DNA from: an uncultured bacterium
Lineage (GTDB): Bacteria; Bacteroidota; Rhodothermia; Rhodothermales; Rubricoccaceae
Direction of reading: 5' to 3'
DNA: 64,000 nucleotides
Assembly (NCBI GenBank): GCA_947493945.1
Contig: CANLSR010000004.1
Location: 138,748-202,747, forward strand
The notes under the pieces were generated by a model, which saw nothing but the letters and a program-made list of their open reading frames with translations, made no database searches and was not told the DNA's origin. This document shows, piece after piece, positions 1 through 8,428 of this stretch (position 1 is its first letter; the number at the start of each line of letters is the position of its first letter). The translations under genes and the position numbers were made by a program.

Positions 1-278
1 AGGACCGGCACGCCGGCGCGGGCGGCGGCGACGACCGGGCCGAGGTGGGCGTGGTTGGGCGTGGCGACGTAGACCGCGTCCAGGTCGAGCACCAGCAGCT
101 CGTCCAGGTTGTCCGTCCGCGTCATCTCGTGCTCGGGCAGAAAGGCCGCCAGCGCGGCGGCGTCGAGGTCGCAGGCGCCCACGAGTCCGCCGTTGCGACT
201 CTCTGCGATGGCTGGGCCGACGTAGTCCCGCGCCACCCAGCCCGTCCCGACCACGCCCCAGCGGATCTCACGTCCCAT
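1..278 (-). CDS. Gfo/Idh/MocA-family NAD(P)-dependent oxidoreductase, N-terminal part (runs off the window)
   Basis: Not in the ORF track because it is truncated. The minus-strand ATG at 278-276 shares one nt with the TGA of the upstream gene. The translation MGREIRWGVVGTGWVARDYVGPAIAESRNGGLVGACDLD... shows the Rossmann GxGxxG start typical of this family. The frame is GC3-rich. Confidence 0.7.
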   Translation of the reverse strand, partial: MGREIRWGVVGTGWVARDYVGPAIAESRNGGLVGACDLDAAALAAFLPEHEMTRTDNLDELLVLDLDAVYVATPNHAHLGPVVAAARAGVPV

Positions 279-1399
279 CACGACCCGAGCTCGCGGCGTT
301 CCAGGTGCGCGATCTCGGTGCCGTCGTCCAGCACGCGGCCGTCCTCGCCGCCCGGCCCGCCCGCCAGCGGCGACTCGGCCGGGACCGCGCCGTGCCCGCC
401 CGCCTCGTAGCTGCCCGACGGAGACGCCTCGCCCCGCTGGCGGTCGGTCTCGGCAGGGCTAGAGCCGTCGGCGTCCCACACGCCGGCACGACGGAGCACG
501 TCCTGCTGGAACGACTGGTAAAAGCCGGGGTGGCAGATGTCGAGCTGGCCGGCGTCGGTGTCGCGGCCCAGCGCGTCCGCGAGCCTGAACCGGGCAGCCG
601 TCTCGTGCCATTCCATCTCCAGCACCCTGTCGAGCACGTCGGCGGCGTGGAACGCCTGGGCCTCGGCGGTCTCGAACCGGTCGCGGTCGGTCGTTGCCAG
701 CGCCCCGCGCACGCGCTCCGCCAGCGCGTCGGGAAGGTCGTTCAGCGCGCGCTCCGTCGCGGCGTCCATCATGGTCGCCAACCGGTCGGCGCCGATCAAC
801 TCGTCGCCGGCGTAGCCCGCGTCCGGCAGCGTGGTGTTGAACAGGTGGTGCGCCAGGCCCGTCAGAAAAACGGAGGCCGGATCTGCGCCGAAGCGCGGCG
901 CCAGCAGCACGCCAAAGGCGGCCACCGAAAAACAGTGGTCGGCGTGGCTCTCGGCCGGCTCCAGCACCAGGCGCCCCAGCCCCGGATGCGTCGCGCCCGC
1001 GCGCGGCTGGCGGACCAACTCGGCGACGAACGCGGGGGCGTCAGCGCCCGACGGGAGCGGCCCCAGCGTTGCGCGGAGGCGGCCATGCAGGCCCGCGTCC
1101 AGCGGGCCCGCCACGTCGTCGAAGGCGGCGCCGAGCACGTCGGCCGCGTCGCTATCGCTTAGTCCGTGCGCCCACATCGTCGCCGCGTCCAGCCCCGCCA
1201 GCCGGACGGCCGCGACGGCCGCCGCCGTCTCGGAAAGGGCGACGGCCTTCAGGTCCTCGCCGCCCGCCAGCCGCGCCCAGGCGCGGGCAAACTGGCGCTC
1301 GGCCAGCGACCGCGGGCCCGACGCGTCCCGGACGCGCTTGAGGTCGCCCAACTGGCGGAGCAGGCCGGCGAGCGGCGCGAGGTCGCGAGCGGCGGTCAT
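278..1399 (-). CDS. hypothetical protein with degenerate HD-domain-like core
   Basis: 373-aa ORF whose ATG overlaps the stop of the upstream synthase (ATGA at 1396-1399). The segment ESHADHCFSVAAFGVLLAP...LTGLAHHLFNTTLPDAGY resembles the H..HD..D pattern of YfbR-like HD phosphohydrolases, but with HH in place of HD. The C-terminal ~60 aa is low complexity and carries REP-like half sites (361-370, 434-443). Confidence 0.55.
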   Translation of the reverse strand: MTAARDLAPLAGLLRQLGDLKRVRDASGPRSLAERQFARAWARLAGGEDLKAVALSETAAAVAAVRLAGLDAATMWAHGLSDSDAADVLGAAFDDVAGPLDAGLHGRLRATLGPLPSGADAPAFVAELVRQPRAGATHPGLGRLVLEPAESHADHCFSVAAFGVLLAPRFGADPASVFLTGLAHHLFNTTLPDAGYAGDELIGADRLATMMDAATERALNDLPDALAERVRGALATTDRDRFETAEAQAFHAADVLDRVLEMEWHETAARFRLADALGRDTDAGQLDICHPGFYQSFQQDVLRRAGVWDADGSSPAETDRQRGEASPSGSYEAGGHGAVPAESPLAGGPGGEDGRVLDDGTEIAHLERRELGS

Positions 1400-2694
1400 T
1401 CGGGGTCGTTGGTCGTGGACGCGACCGCCGCGTCACGGACGCGGAGGCCGCCGAGCCAGTTCAGGAACGCCGTCTGCTGCTTGCCGAAGTCGTGCTCCGG
1501 CGCAGCCCCGTCGGCCGTCATCGGCCCCTTGAAAAAGACGCCCATCGGCTCCTGCACGCCGCCTCGGCCGGCGCGCTGCGCCAGGTCCAGGCACCGTGCG
1601 ATCTCGATGGCCAGCGGCGCGGCCAGGATCGAGTCTCGGCACAAAAAGTTGACCTTGAGCTGCATCCGCTGCCCCAGGAAGCCCACCAGGTCCACGTTGT
1701 CCCACGCCTCCTTGGCGTCGCCGCGCGGGCGGTAGTAGTTGATCTTGACCACGTGGTCCTCGACCGGGTAGCCCAGGATCTGGTCTAGGACGGAGCCCTT
1801 GGTCCCGATCTTGGACGCGAGCGAGCCCGCCTCGCGCAGTGCCTCGCCGTCGCGGTTGCCCAGGATGTTGGTCGAGAACCAGCCCTCGACGCGCAGCGCG
1901 CGGTCGCGCAGGCCCGGCGCCATCAGCGTCTTGATGAACGTCTGGCCCGTCTTGCCGTCCTTGCCTGCCAGCGGCACACCCTCGCGCTCCGCCAGCTCGA
2001 CCAGCGCCGGCACGTCGGCGCCAACCGAGGGCGTAAAGTTGCCGTAGGGACAGCCTTCCAGAATCGCGGCGTAGGCATAGAGCATGGCCGGCGGCACCTG
2101 CTCGTCGTCGGCGTCGATGGCAGCCTGGAAGGCGTCGGCGGTCTGGAAGAGGCCGGCGTCGAGGTCGGGCCAGGACTCGGTCGAGGCCAGGTTGATGACC
2201 ACGGCGCGGCCGAGCTCGTTGTCCTCTTTAAACTGGCGGAGGTCGGCGCGGAGGGCGTCGACCGACTGGCGGAGGCCGAGGTCGGCAGCCTGGCAGTGGG
2301 TGCCGGTGACGCCTCGGCAAAAGCGGTCGTCGCCGTAGGCGGGCCAGGGCGTGATCTGGCTCAACGCCTCGCGCGTCGCCTCGTACTGGGCCAGGTCGAG
2401 GACCGAGTGGTGGCGCGTGGCCGAGGCCAGGTCGCCGTCGTAGAGGTCCCATCCGCCAAACACCAGCCCGTCGTAGGGCGCGAGCCCAGCCGACGGCTCG
2501 CCGGGAAGCGCCGCCAGCGGCAGGCCGTCGAGCCCGGCCTGGCCGGCTCGGATGAGTTCGATGCCCGCCACGGCCGTCGTGGCGACGGCGCCGCCCAAAC
2601 CCACGATGGCGACGCCCAAGCGGTCGGAGGCGTCGGCGGAGGTCGAAATGGAGGCGGGCTGGGTCGCGCCGTCCCCGGTGGAAAGCGAAGGCAT
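1396..2694 (-). CDS. ino1: myo-inositol-1-phosphate synthase
   Basis: 432 aa. N-terminal dinucleotide-binding VAIVGLGGAVATT and the family hallmark WFSTNILGNRDGEAL plus SKIGTKGSVLDQILGY. Confidence 0.9.
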   Translation of the reverse strand: MPSLSTGDGATQPASISTSADASDRLGVAIVGLGGAVATTAVAGIELIRAGQAGLDGLPLAALPGEPSAGLAPYDGLVFGGWDLYDGDLASATRHHSVLDLAQYEATREALSQITPWPAYGDDRFCRGVTGTHCQAADLGLRQSVDALRADLRQFKEDNELGRAVVINLASTESWPDLDAGLFQTADAFQAAIDADDEQVPPAMLYAYAAILEGCPYGNFTPSVGADVPALVELAEREGVPLAGKDGKTGQTFIKTLMAPGLRDRALRVEGWFSTNILGNRDGEALREAGSLASKIGTKGSVLDQILGYPVEDHVVKINYYRPRGDAKEAWDNVDLVGFLGQRMQLKVNFLCRDSILAAPLAIEIARCLDLAQRAGRGGVQEPMGVFFKGPMTADGAAPEHDFGKQQTAFLNWLGGLRVRDAAVASTTNDPE

Positions 2695-2817
2695 ACGGTC
2701 GGGTTGTGGATAGGCGCGCAGTCGCGCGTGGGGAGCCTGGGGGTTAACCCCCGGTGCGGCACCTGCCGTTCCTCTGGATCAGGGGTGTCCGGGGGTTCCT
2801 GGCATGGGATCGGCTGG

Positions 2818-3255
2818 CTAGAAGTCGATGGCGATCAACTCGACCGACTCGCCGCCCGGGCCCCGGACAAAGCTGTAGCGGCACGGCACGGGCGGGTCGC
2901 CCTCCAGCACGAAGTCCTCGGGTCCCTCCTCCAGCGCCGCGCCGGCGTCGACGGCGCGCCGGGTCGCGTCGTCGCAGTCGGCCACGTGCAGCGCGAGGTG
3001 GAACAGCGCCGGACCGCCCGGCATCGGGCCGCCGGCGGCGTCGGGTCCGGCGTCGGTCGGCGAGAACAGCTCGACGTAGGTCCCGTCGCCGGTGTCCAGC
3101 ATGACCACGGTGTGGCCCGGCTCCTGGAACCGCAGCCGCTCGACGCACCCCAGCGCGTCGACGTAGAACTGCAGGCTCGCGTCGAGGTCGCGGGCCTCGA
3201 CGGCGACGTGGTGGATCCCGCCGCCGCCCAGCTTGGCGTTGAGCCCGCGCCTCAC
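2818..3255 (-). CDS. VOC (glyoxalase/bleomycin-resistance/dioxygenase) family protein
   Basis: The C-terminal part of track ORF 2818..3780. IHHVAVEARDLDASLQFYVDALG...VELF...HLALHV is a typical VOC beta-alpha-beta-beta-beta module. The GTG at 3255 overlaps the stop of the upstream gene (GTGA). Confidence 0.8.
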   Translation of the reverse strand: MRRGLNAKLGGGGIHHVAVEARDLDASLQFYVDALGCVERLRFQEPGHTVVMLDTGDGTYVELFSPTDAGPDAAGGPMPGGPALFHLALHVADCDDATRRAVDAGAALEEGPEDFVLEGDPPVPCRYSFVRGPGGESVELIAIDF

Positions 3256-4022
3256 GACGGCACCTCGCCCGACGCGCCGCCGCGCTGGCGGCCGGTCTCG
3301 GCGGGCTGGTCGGTGTCGCCAGCGGCCGGCAGGACCTCGTAGTCGATGGGCTTGAGCGCGCCGTTGTTGGTGCCCTCGGCCGCGCACGCCGTCAGCCCAA
3401 CGACCAGGTCGACCTCGGCCCGAAACGTGATGTGGTCGCCGGGCCGGCTCGTCGGCGTCTCGACCGAGAGCGAGCCGTCCGGGCGGACGGGCACGTTCAT
3501 GAAGATGTTGAACGTGGTCGGGACGCGGTCGCGGTCGACGCCGTATGGGCCGAGGTGCAAGGCCAGGTTCGTCAGGCACGACGGGTGGTCGTGGCCCTCG
3601 GGCAACCCGTAGAGCAGCCGGTACATCTCGGGGCTGCACGGGGTGAGCAGGAAGTCGTGGACGCCGCACGTGTCCTCCTCGATCGTCATCAGCACCCGGC
3701 TCCGGTTGCTCCACAGCCGGTTGCCGGCCGTGATCCGGATGGTCTCCTCGTAGTCGAACGTGCGGCCGGACGACAGCCACTCGCCCACGTCCAGGCCGTC
3801 CGGGGTGTCGGCGAACGCGAGCAGATCCGAGACCTGCTCGCCCTCGGGGTCGGTCACGCGCAGGCGCTGCCCGGCCGCCAGCCGGAAGGCGACGCCGCTG
3901 GACGCCGCGATCCGGTGGCGCACGCCGGGCTCGGGCCGGTCGCTGTCTACGCCGTCGGCCGCCAGCGCGTCGGGGAGCGGGGCGAGCATGGCGGGGGCGA
4001 GGTCGGAGGTGTCAGTCGGCAT
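3252..4022 (-). CDS. DUF1989 (urea-carboxylase-associated-like) family protein
   Basis: 256 aa. The pattern AGQRLRVTDPEGEQVSDLLAF...SSGRT...CGVHDFLLTPCS...HPSCLTNL fits DUF1989 as I remember the family. It overlaps the upstream YqcI/YcgG gene by 11 nt. Confidence 0.75.
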   Translation of the reverse strand: MPTDTSDLAPAMLAPLPDALAADGVDSDRPEPGVRHRIAASSGVAFRLAAGQRLRVTDPEGEQVSDLLAFADTPDGLDVGEWLSSGRTFDYEETIRITAGNRLWSNRSRVLMTIEEDTCGVHDFLLTPCSPEMYRLLYGLPEGHDHPSCLTNLALHLGPYGVDRDRVPTTFNIFMNVPVRPDGSLSVETPTSRPGDHITFRAEVDLVVGLTACAAEGTNNGALKPIDYEVLPAAGDTDQPAETGRQRGGASGEVPS

Positions 4023-4824
4023 CGGAGGCGGGCTCTGCGGAGGGGTGCGCGGCGGCGTCGGGGCGCGGCTGGAACGGGCACCGCCAGTCGGCGCCGGCGG
4101 CGCGTCCGGCGTACTGCCGCGCCTCGCTGGTGGTCCCGAAGTCTTGGAGCGACGGGTTGACGCTGCCCTGGAGCGCGCGGTCGCGGTCGCGGATCGTGTT
4201 CCTGACGGACTGGTAGCGGCCGTCGCGGCGCAGCGCCTCGAACTGGCTGTGCAGGTTGAACGCGATGAGAGGGCGCGGGAACCGCCGCGCCTGCCGCGAC
4301 GCGCCCGGGTGCATCCCGACGACGTAGAACGCCCGCCCGCCGACCGAAAACGAGAACTGGGGATGCTCCGGGTCCGCGGCGACCGACGGGTCCCACGGCG
4401 CGCCGTCGGCGTCGTGGACGCGGGCGAGCGTGGCCCAGAACAGCCGCTCGAACTCGGTCTCGGAGATGGCTTCGCTGGGCCGCTCGAACACCGCCAGGAA
4501 CGAGCGGTAGCCGCGCTCGGGCTCCGGCTCCTGGGCGTACGCCGTCAGGTCGGCGGCGAGCTGGCGGGCGCTCTCGGCGTCGTCCAGCGCGTCGTAGGGC
4601 CGGACGCAGTACTGCTCCGTCTTGACGACCGACTTGGCCATGATGCACGGGTAGTCGGCGTCCGAGACCCAGCGGTCGAAGGCGTCGCGGGCGTCGTCCG
4701 CCCAGCGGGGCCGGTCGGTCTCGGCGTGGTCGTCCCCGTCGGCGAGCGGAACGTCCTCGGACGAGGCGGAGGCCGGAGGGGCAGGCGCGGCGCGGCGGCG
4801 CGCGCGGGCGGGGGGCGAGACCAA
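4012..4824 (-). CDS. YqcI/YcgG family protein (heme-dependent oxygenase-like family)
   Basis: 270 aa. YPCIMAKSVV near the N-terminus and FYVVGMHPGASRQARRFPRPLIAFNLHSQFEALRRDGRYQSVRNTIRDRD are the family signatures. Confidence 0.8.
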   Translation of the reverse strand: MVSPPARARRRAAPAPPASASSEDVPLADGDDHAETDRPRWADDARDAFDRWVSDADYPCIMAKSVVKTEQYCVRPYDALDDAESARQLAADLTAYAQEPEPERGYRSFLAVFERPSEAISETEFERLFWATLARVHDADGAPWDPSVAADPEHPQFSFSVGGRAFYVVGMHPGASRQARRFPRPLIAFNLHSQFEALRRDGRYQSVRNTIRDRDRALQGSVNPSLQDFGTTSEARQYAGRAAGADWRCPFQPRPDAAAHPSAEPASDAD

Positions 4825-4981
4825 GGCGGGGCGGGGGGATGCCCTTTGATTCCCCGCCGACCCGGGAGCGGTTTCGGCGCCCGATCGGTCTCAGGCCCCA
4901 CCTCCGATCACGATCCGGCGCTTCCCCACCTGCGACACGACGCTGTCGCCCCACTCGTTCGGCTATCGGCCCCCACTGCCC

Positions 4982-5003
4982 ACTGGCGGCGCGCATCGCC
5001 AGT
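4982..5003. repeat. REP family 1, degenerate copy (ACTGGCG-N8-CGCCAGT)
   Basis: Inverted repeat 11 nt downstream of the dnaB stop. Confidence 0.5.
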
Positions 5004-5013
5004 CGGACGGGCG

Positions 5014-6621
5014 CTAGAAGGGCGCGTCGGTGGCCGGCGGCGGGAGGGGCGGCGGGCCGTCCGAGAACCCGTCGCCACCGGGCGGTAGTGGCGGCGCGCC
5101 CGGGCCGTCCAACGGCGGGTAGTCGTCGTAGCCGCCCGACGTGTCACTCTTGACGTAGCTCGTGAGGTTCTCGAAGCGGGCGTACTGGTTCACGAACGCC
5201 ACCTTGACGTCGCCGATCGGCCCGTTGCGCTGCTTCCCGATCAGGAGCTCGCCTAGGCCCTCGGTCGAGTTGCCGTTTTCGTCGACCGTGATCCCGTAGC
5301 GCTCGGCGCGGTAGATGAACATCACCACATCGGCGTCCTGCTCGATAGAGCCGGACTCACGCAGGTCGCTCAGCTGGGGCCGCTTGTCGCCGCCCCTCGT
5401 CTCGACAGCGCGAGACAACTGCGAGAGCGCGATCACCGGCACGTCGAGCTCCTTGGCGAGCCCCTTGAGCGACCGCGAGATCTGGGCGATCTCCTGCTCC
5501 CTATTGCCGCTCTGGGTGGCCGCCGTCCCGTGCATGAGCTGGAGGTAGTCCACGATCACCAGCCCGATGTCGTGCTCGGCCTTCAAGCGCCGGCACTTGG
5601 CGCGCAGCTCCAAGATGCCCAGCCCGGCCGTGTCGTCGATAAAGATGTTGGACGCCGACAAGCGGCCGGCGGCGCGCGCCAGCTTGGGCCAGTCGTCGTC
5701 GTGCAAGCGGCCGGTCCGGGCGCGCTGGGCGTCGACGCGGGCCTCGGACGTGAGCAGGCGCTGGGCCAGCTGCTGGGCGCTCATCTCGAGCGAGAAGTAG
5801 GCCACGCCCGCCGGTTTTTCCGGGTGCAGCGCCGCGTTCCGGGCGATGGCCAGGCTGAACGCGGTCTTGCCCATGGATGGCCTGGCGGCCACGATCACCA
5901 TGTCGGACGGCTGCCAGCCGCCGGTCATGGCGTCCAGCGCCGAGAAGCCGGACGGCACGCCCGTGATGCCGCCCTCGCGCCCGTGGATCGACTCCAGGTG
6001 CTGCATCGTCTGGTGCACCACGGAGTTCATGTCGACGGCGCCCTTGCGGAGCTGGGACTCCGAGATCTGGAAGATCTCGCGCTCGGCGTTGTCGAGCAGG
6101 TCGAAGGCGTCCGTCGTCGGGTCGAAGGCCTGGCCGACCACGCCGGTCATGGTCGTGATAAGCTTGCGGAGCAGGCTCTTCTCGGCAATGATGCGCGCGT
6201 GGTACTCGACGTTCGCGGCGCTGGCGACGTGCGTCGTCAGCTCGGTGAGGTAGTATCCGCCGATGGCGTCGTAGTCGCCGCGCCGCTTGAGCTCCTCGGT
6301 GAGCGTGATCAGGTCGACCGGGTTGCCGCGCTCGAAGAGGGCCTCCATCGCCTCGTAGACCCGTTGGTGCTTGGGGTCGTAGAAGGCGTCGGCGGGCAGG
6401 ATCTCGATGGCCTTCGGGATCGCCTCGCGCTCGATGAGCATGGCGCCCAGGACCGACTGCTCAACCTCGGTCGCCTGGGGCGGCATCCGGCCGGCCTGCT
6501 GCTGCATCGGCAGCACGTTGAGCGGGCGCCGCTTGGCGCCGGCCATCTTCTCCAAGGGCACGCCGGGCATGTCCTCGTCGATGCGGAGCGGCCGCTGCTG
6601 GAAGTCGTCGGGTTCAGCCAT
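5014..6621 (-). CDS. dnaB: replicative DNA helicase DnaB
   Basis: 535 aa. EVEQSVLGAMLIE N-domain, Walker A AARPSMGKTAF, IVDYLQLM, SQLSRAVE and RESGSIEQDADVV. The start is uncertain because the N-terminus has ~45 extra aa. The C-terminal tail is proline-rich. Confidence 0.95.
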   Translation of the reverse strand: MAEPDDFQQRPLRIDEDMPGVPLEKMAGAKRRPLNVLPMQQQAGRMPPQATEVEQSVLGAMLIEREAIPKAIEILPADAFYDPKHQRVYEAMEALFERGNPVDLITLTEELKRRGDYDAIGGYYLTELTTHVASAANVEYHARIIAEKSLLRKLITTMTGVVGQAFDPTTDAFDLLDNAEREIFQISESQLRKGAVDMNSVVHQTMQHLESIHGREGGITGVPSGFSALDAMTGGWQPSDMVIVAARPSMGKTAFSLAIARNAALHPEKPAGVAYFSLEMSAQQLAQRLLTSEARVDAQRARTGRLHDDDWPKLARAAGRLSASNIFIDDTAGLGILELRAKCRRLKAEHDIGLVIVDYLQLMHGTAATQSGNREQEIAQISRSLKGLAKELDVPVIALSQLSRAVETRGGDKRPQLSDLRESGSIEQDADVVMFIYRAERYGITVDENGNSTEGLGELLIGKQRNGPIGDVKVAFVNQYARFENLTSYVKSDTSGGYDDYPPLDGPGAPPLPPGGDGFSDGPPPLPPPATDAPF

Positions 6622-6660
6622 AGGGGGCGGGGGGCACTGGCGCGCGGCCTCGGCGGCGGG

Positions 6661-7713
6661 CTACTGGCCGCTGGCGTCCGCCAGCTGGTCGTAGCGGGTG
6701 CGGAGCAGCTTGACGTCCTCCCAGGTCGGGCGTTTCCACTGGGGGTTGCGGAGGAGCGCTGCCGGATGGTACGTCACCATCATCGGCAATCCGTAGTAAT
6801 CGTTGAACTTGCCCCGCAGCGACGCCAGCGACGACTTTTTGCCCAGCAGCCCGTTCCCCGCGCTCTTGCCGACGGCCAGGATCATCTTGGGCCGCACGAG
6901 AGCGATCTGCTTGTACAGGATCGGGATGTGGGCCTCGACCTCTTCGGGCAGCGGGTCGCGGTTGTTGGGCGGCCGGCTCTTCAAGATGTTGGTGATGTAG
7001 AGGTCCCCACGGTTGAACAGGACCGCCTCCATGATCTTGTCGAGCAGCTGGCCGCTGCGGCCGACGAATGGCTCGCCCAGGCGGTCCTCGTCGGCGCCGG
7101 GCGCCTCGCCGATCACCATGAGGTCGGCGTCGGGGTCGCCGGTGCCCAGGACGGGGTTGATCCGCTCCCGGTCGATGGGGACGAGCTCGGTCTCCGCCAG
7201 CCACCCGTAGATCTCGTCCAGCGAATCCAAGCCGTGGAGCGGCGAGTCCTCGGGGATGAGGGCCTCGATGCGCTCGTAGGGCGAGAGGCCCTCGTCCTGG
7301 CTGGGGTCGGGGAGGGCGCCAAACAAGTCAGGCACGTCGTCGGTGGGGAGGGGAGAAGGCGGGGGCGGCGCGGTCGGCGCGGTCGTCTCAGACGGATCGG
7401 GCGAGCCGGTCGGCTCGGCGGGGCGCGGCGCCAGCGCCACGGGCGGAGCCGCTGGCGGCTGGTCTCGGGCGGGCTCGGCCGGGGCGGGCTCGGCCGGGGC
7501 GGGCTCGGCCGGGGCGGGCTCGGCACCCGCGAGAACACGCGTCGGCCCTACGATTCGGCGCTGGAGGTCGAGGACGGAGCGGGCCTCGCGCAACAGGTCG
7601 GCGAGCAGCGGGGCCCCGTCGGGCCGGGGAGGGGGGGCGTCGGCCACGGTGCGGTCGGGGGGATCTCTAAGGTAGGCGGCGCGGCCCGTTTCGGGCAACG
7701 GCCGTGCGCACAC
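6661..7713 (-). CDS. family-4 uracil-DNA glycosylase with long Pro/Ala-rich N-terminal extension
   Basis: The C-terminal ~200 aa carries GEAPGADEDRLGEPFVGRSGQLL and HPAALLRNP. The ORF is open up to 7854, but that start would overlap the upstream SGNH gene by 62 nt. In-frame GTG at 7713 or TTG at 7722 are more plausible. The start is uncertain. Confidence 0.75.
   Translation of the reverse strand: MCARPLPETGRAAYLRDPPDRTVADAPPPRPDGAPLLADLLREARSVLDLQRRIVGPTRVLAGAEPAPAEPAPAEPAPAEPARDQPPAAPPVALAPRPAEPTGSPDPSETTAPTAPPPPSPLPTDDVPDLFGALPDPSQDEGLSPYERIEALIPEDSPLHGLDSLDEIYGWLAETELVPIDRERINPVLGTGDPDADLMVIGEAPGADEDRLGEPFVGRSGQLLDKIMEAVLFNRGDLYITNILKSRPPNNRDPLPEEVEAHIPILYKQIALVRPKMILAVGKSAGNGLLGKKSSLASLRGKFNDYYGLPMMVTYHPAALLRNPQWKRPTWEDVKLLRTRYDQLADASGQ
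7467..7526. repeat. 15-bp tandem repeat x4 (GGGCGGGCTCGGCCG)
   Basis: Read directly from the sequence. It encodes (AEPAP)n in the UDG N-terminal extension. Confidence 0.9.
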
Positions 7714-7792
7714 GGTGGACAAGGATGTGGAAAACTTCGTCCCGCGCCACGACGGCACCGGGCCGTTCGGGTAGCGCCCGAGGCCGGCCGGC

Positions 7793-8428
7793 CTAGTCGG
7801 CCAGGGCGGCGCGGGCGGCCGGCTCGATCCGGTCGGTCCAGGCGGCGTAGGCACGCGCGTCGGGGTGGAGGTCGTCGCCGACCGTCTGGTGGCCCTGCTG
7901 GCGGGACAGGTCGGTGACGTCTACCCAGGCGACGGCCCGGGCCTCGGCCTCGGCCTGGGCGACGGCGTTGAAGGCCCCCACCCGCTCGGCGATGCGGGCG
8001 GGGCCGCGGGCGTCGGCGGCCCCGAACGGCGTCACGCCCCAGTCGGGGATCGAGACCACGACGACGCGCCGCGCCGACCCGCCGGCGAGCGCGACGGCGC
8101 GGTCCATGAGCGCCCCCACCCCGTCCCGGTACGCCCCGACCGGCGCCCCCCGGTACTGGTCGTTGACCCCGATTCCCAGCGTCACGAGGTCGAACGGACC
8201 GCGCGGACCCGCCGCGTCCAGGCCCTCCGCCAGCTCGGCGGCCGTCCAGCCCGTCGCGGCGACGACTCGGGGCGCCGCCACCGCCACGCCCGACTGGCGC
8301 AAGCGGCGGGCGAGTTGCTCCGGCCAGCGATCAGCCGGGGCCACGCCCTCGCCGACGGTGTAGGAGTCGCCCAACGCCAGCAGGCGGAGGCCGTGGCGGG
8401 GCTCGGCGGACGGTGGGCCGTCGGTCAT
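7793..8428 (-). CDS. SGNH/GDSL hydrolase-family protein
   Basis: Starts MTDGPP, with ATGA overlap on the coaBC stop. Block I LALGDSYTVGEG, block III GIGVNDQ, block V DDLHPD. Confidence 0.8.
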   Translation of the reverse strand: MTDGPPSAEPRHGLRLLALGDSYTVGEGVAPADRWPEQLARRLRQSGVAVAAPRVVAATGWTAAELAEGLDAAGPRGPFDLVTLGIGVNDQYRGAPVGAYRDGVGALMDRAVALAGGSARRVVVVSIPDWGVTPFGAADARGPARIAERVGAFNAVAQAEAEARAVAWVDVTDLSRQQGHQTVGDDLHPDARAYAAWTDRIEPAARAALAD

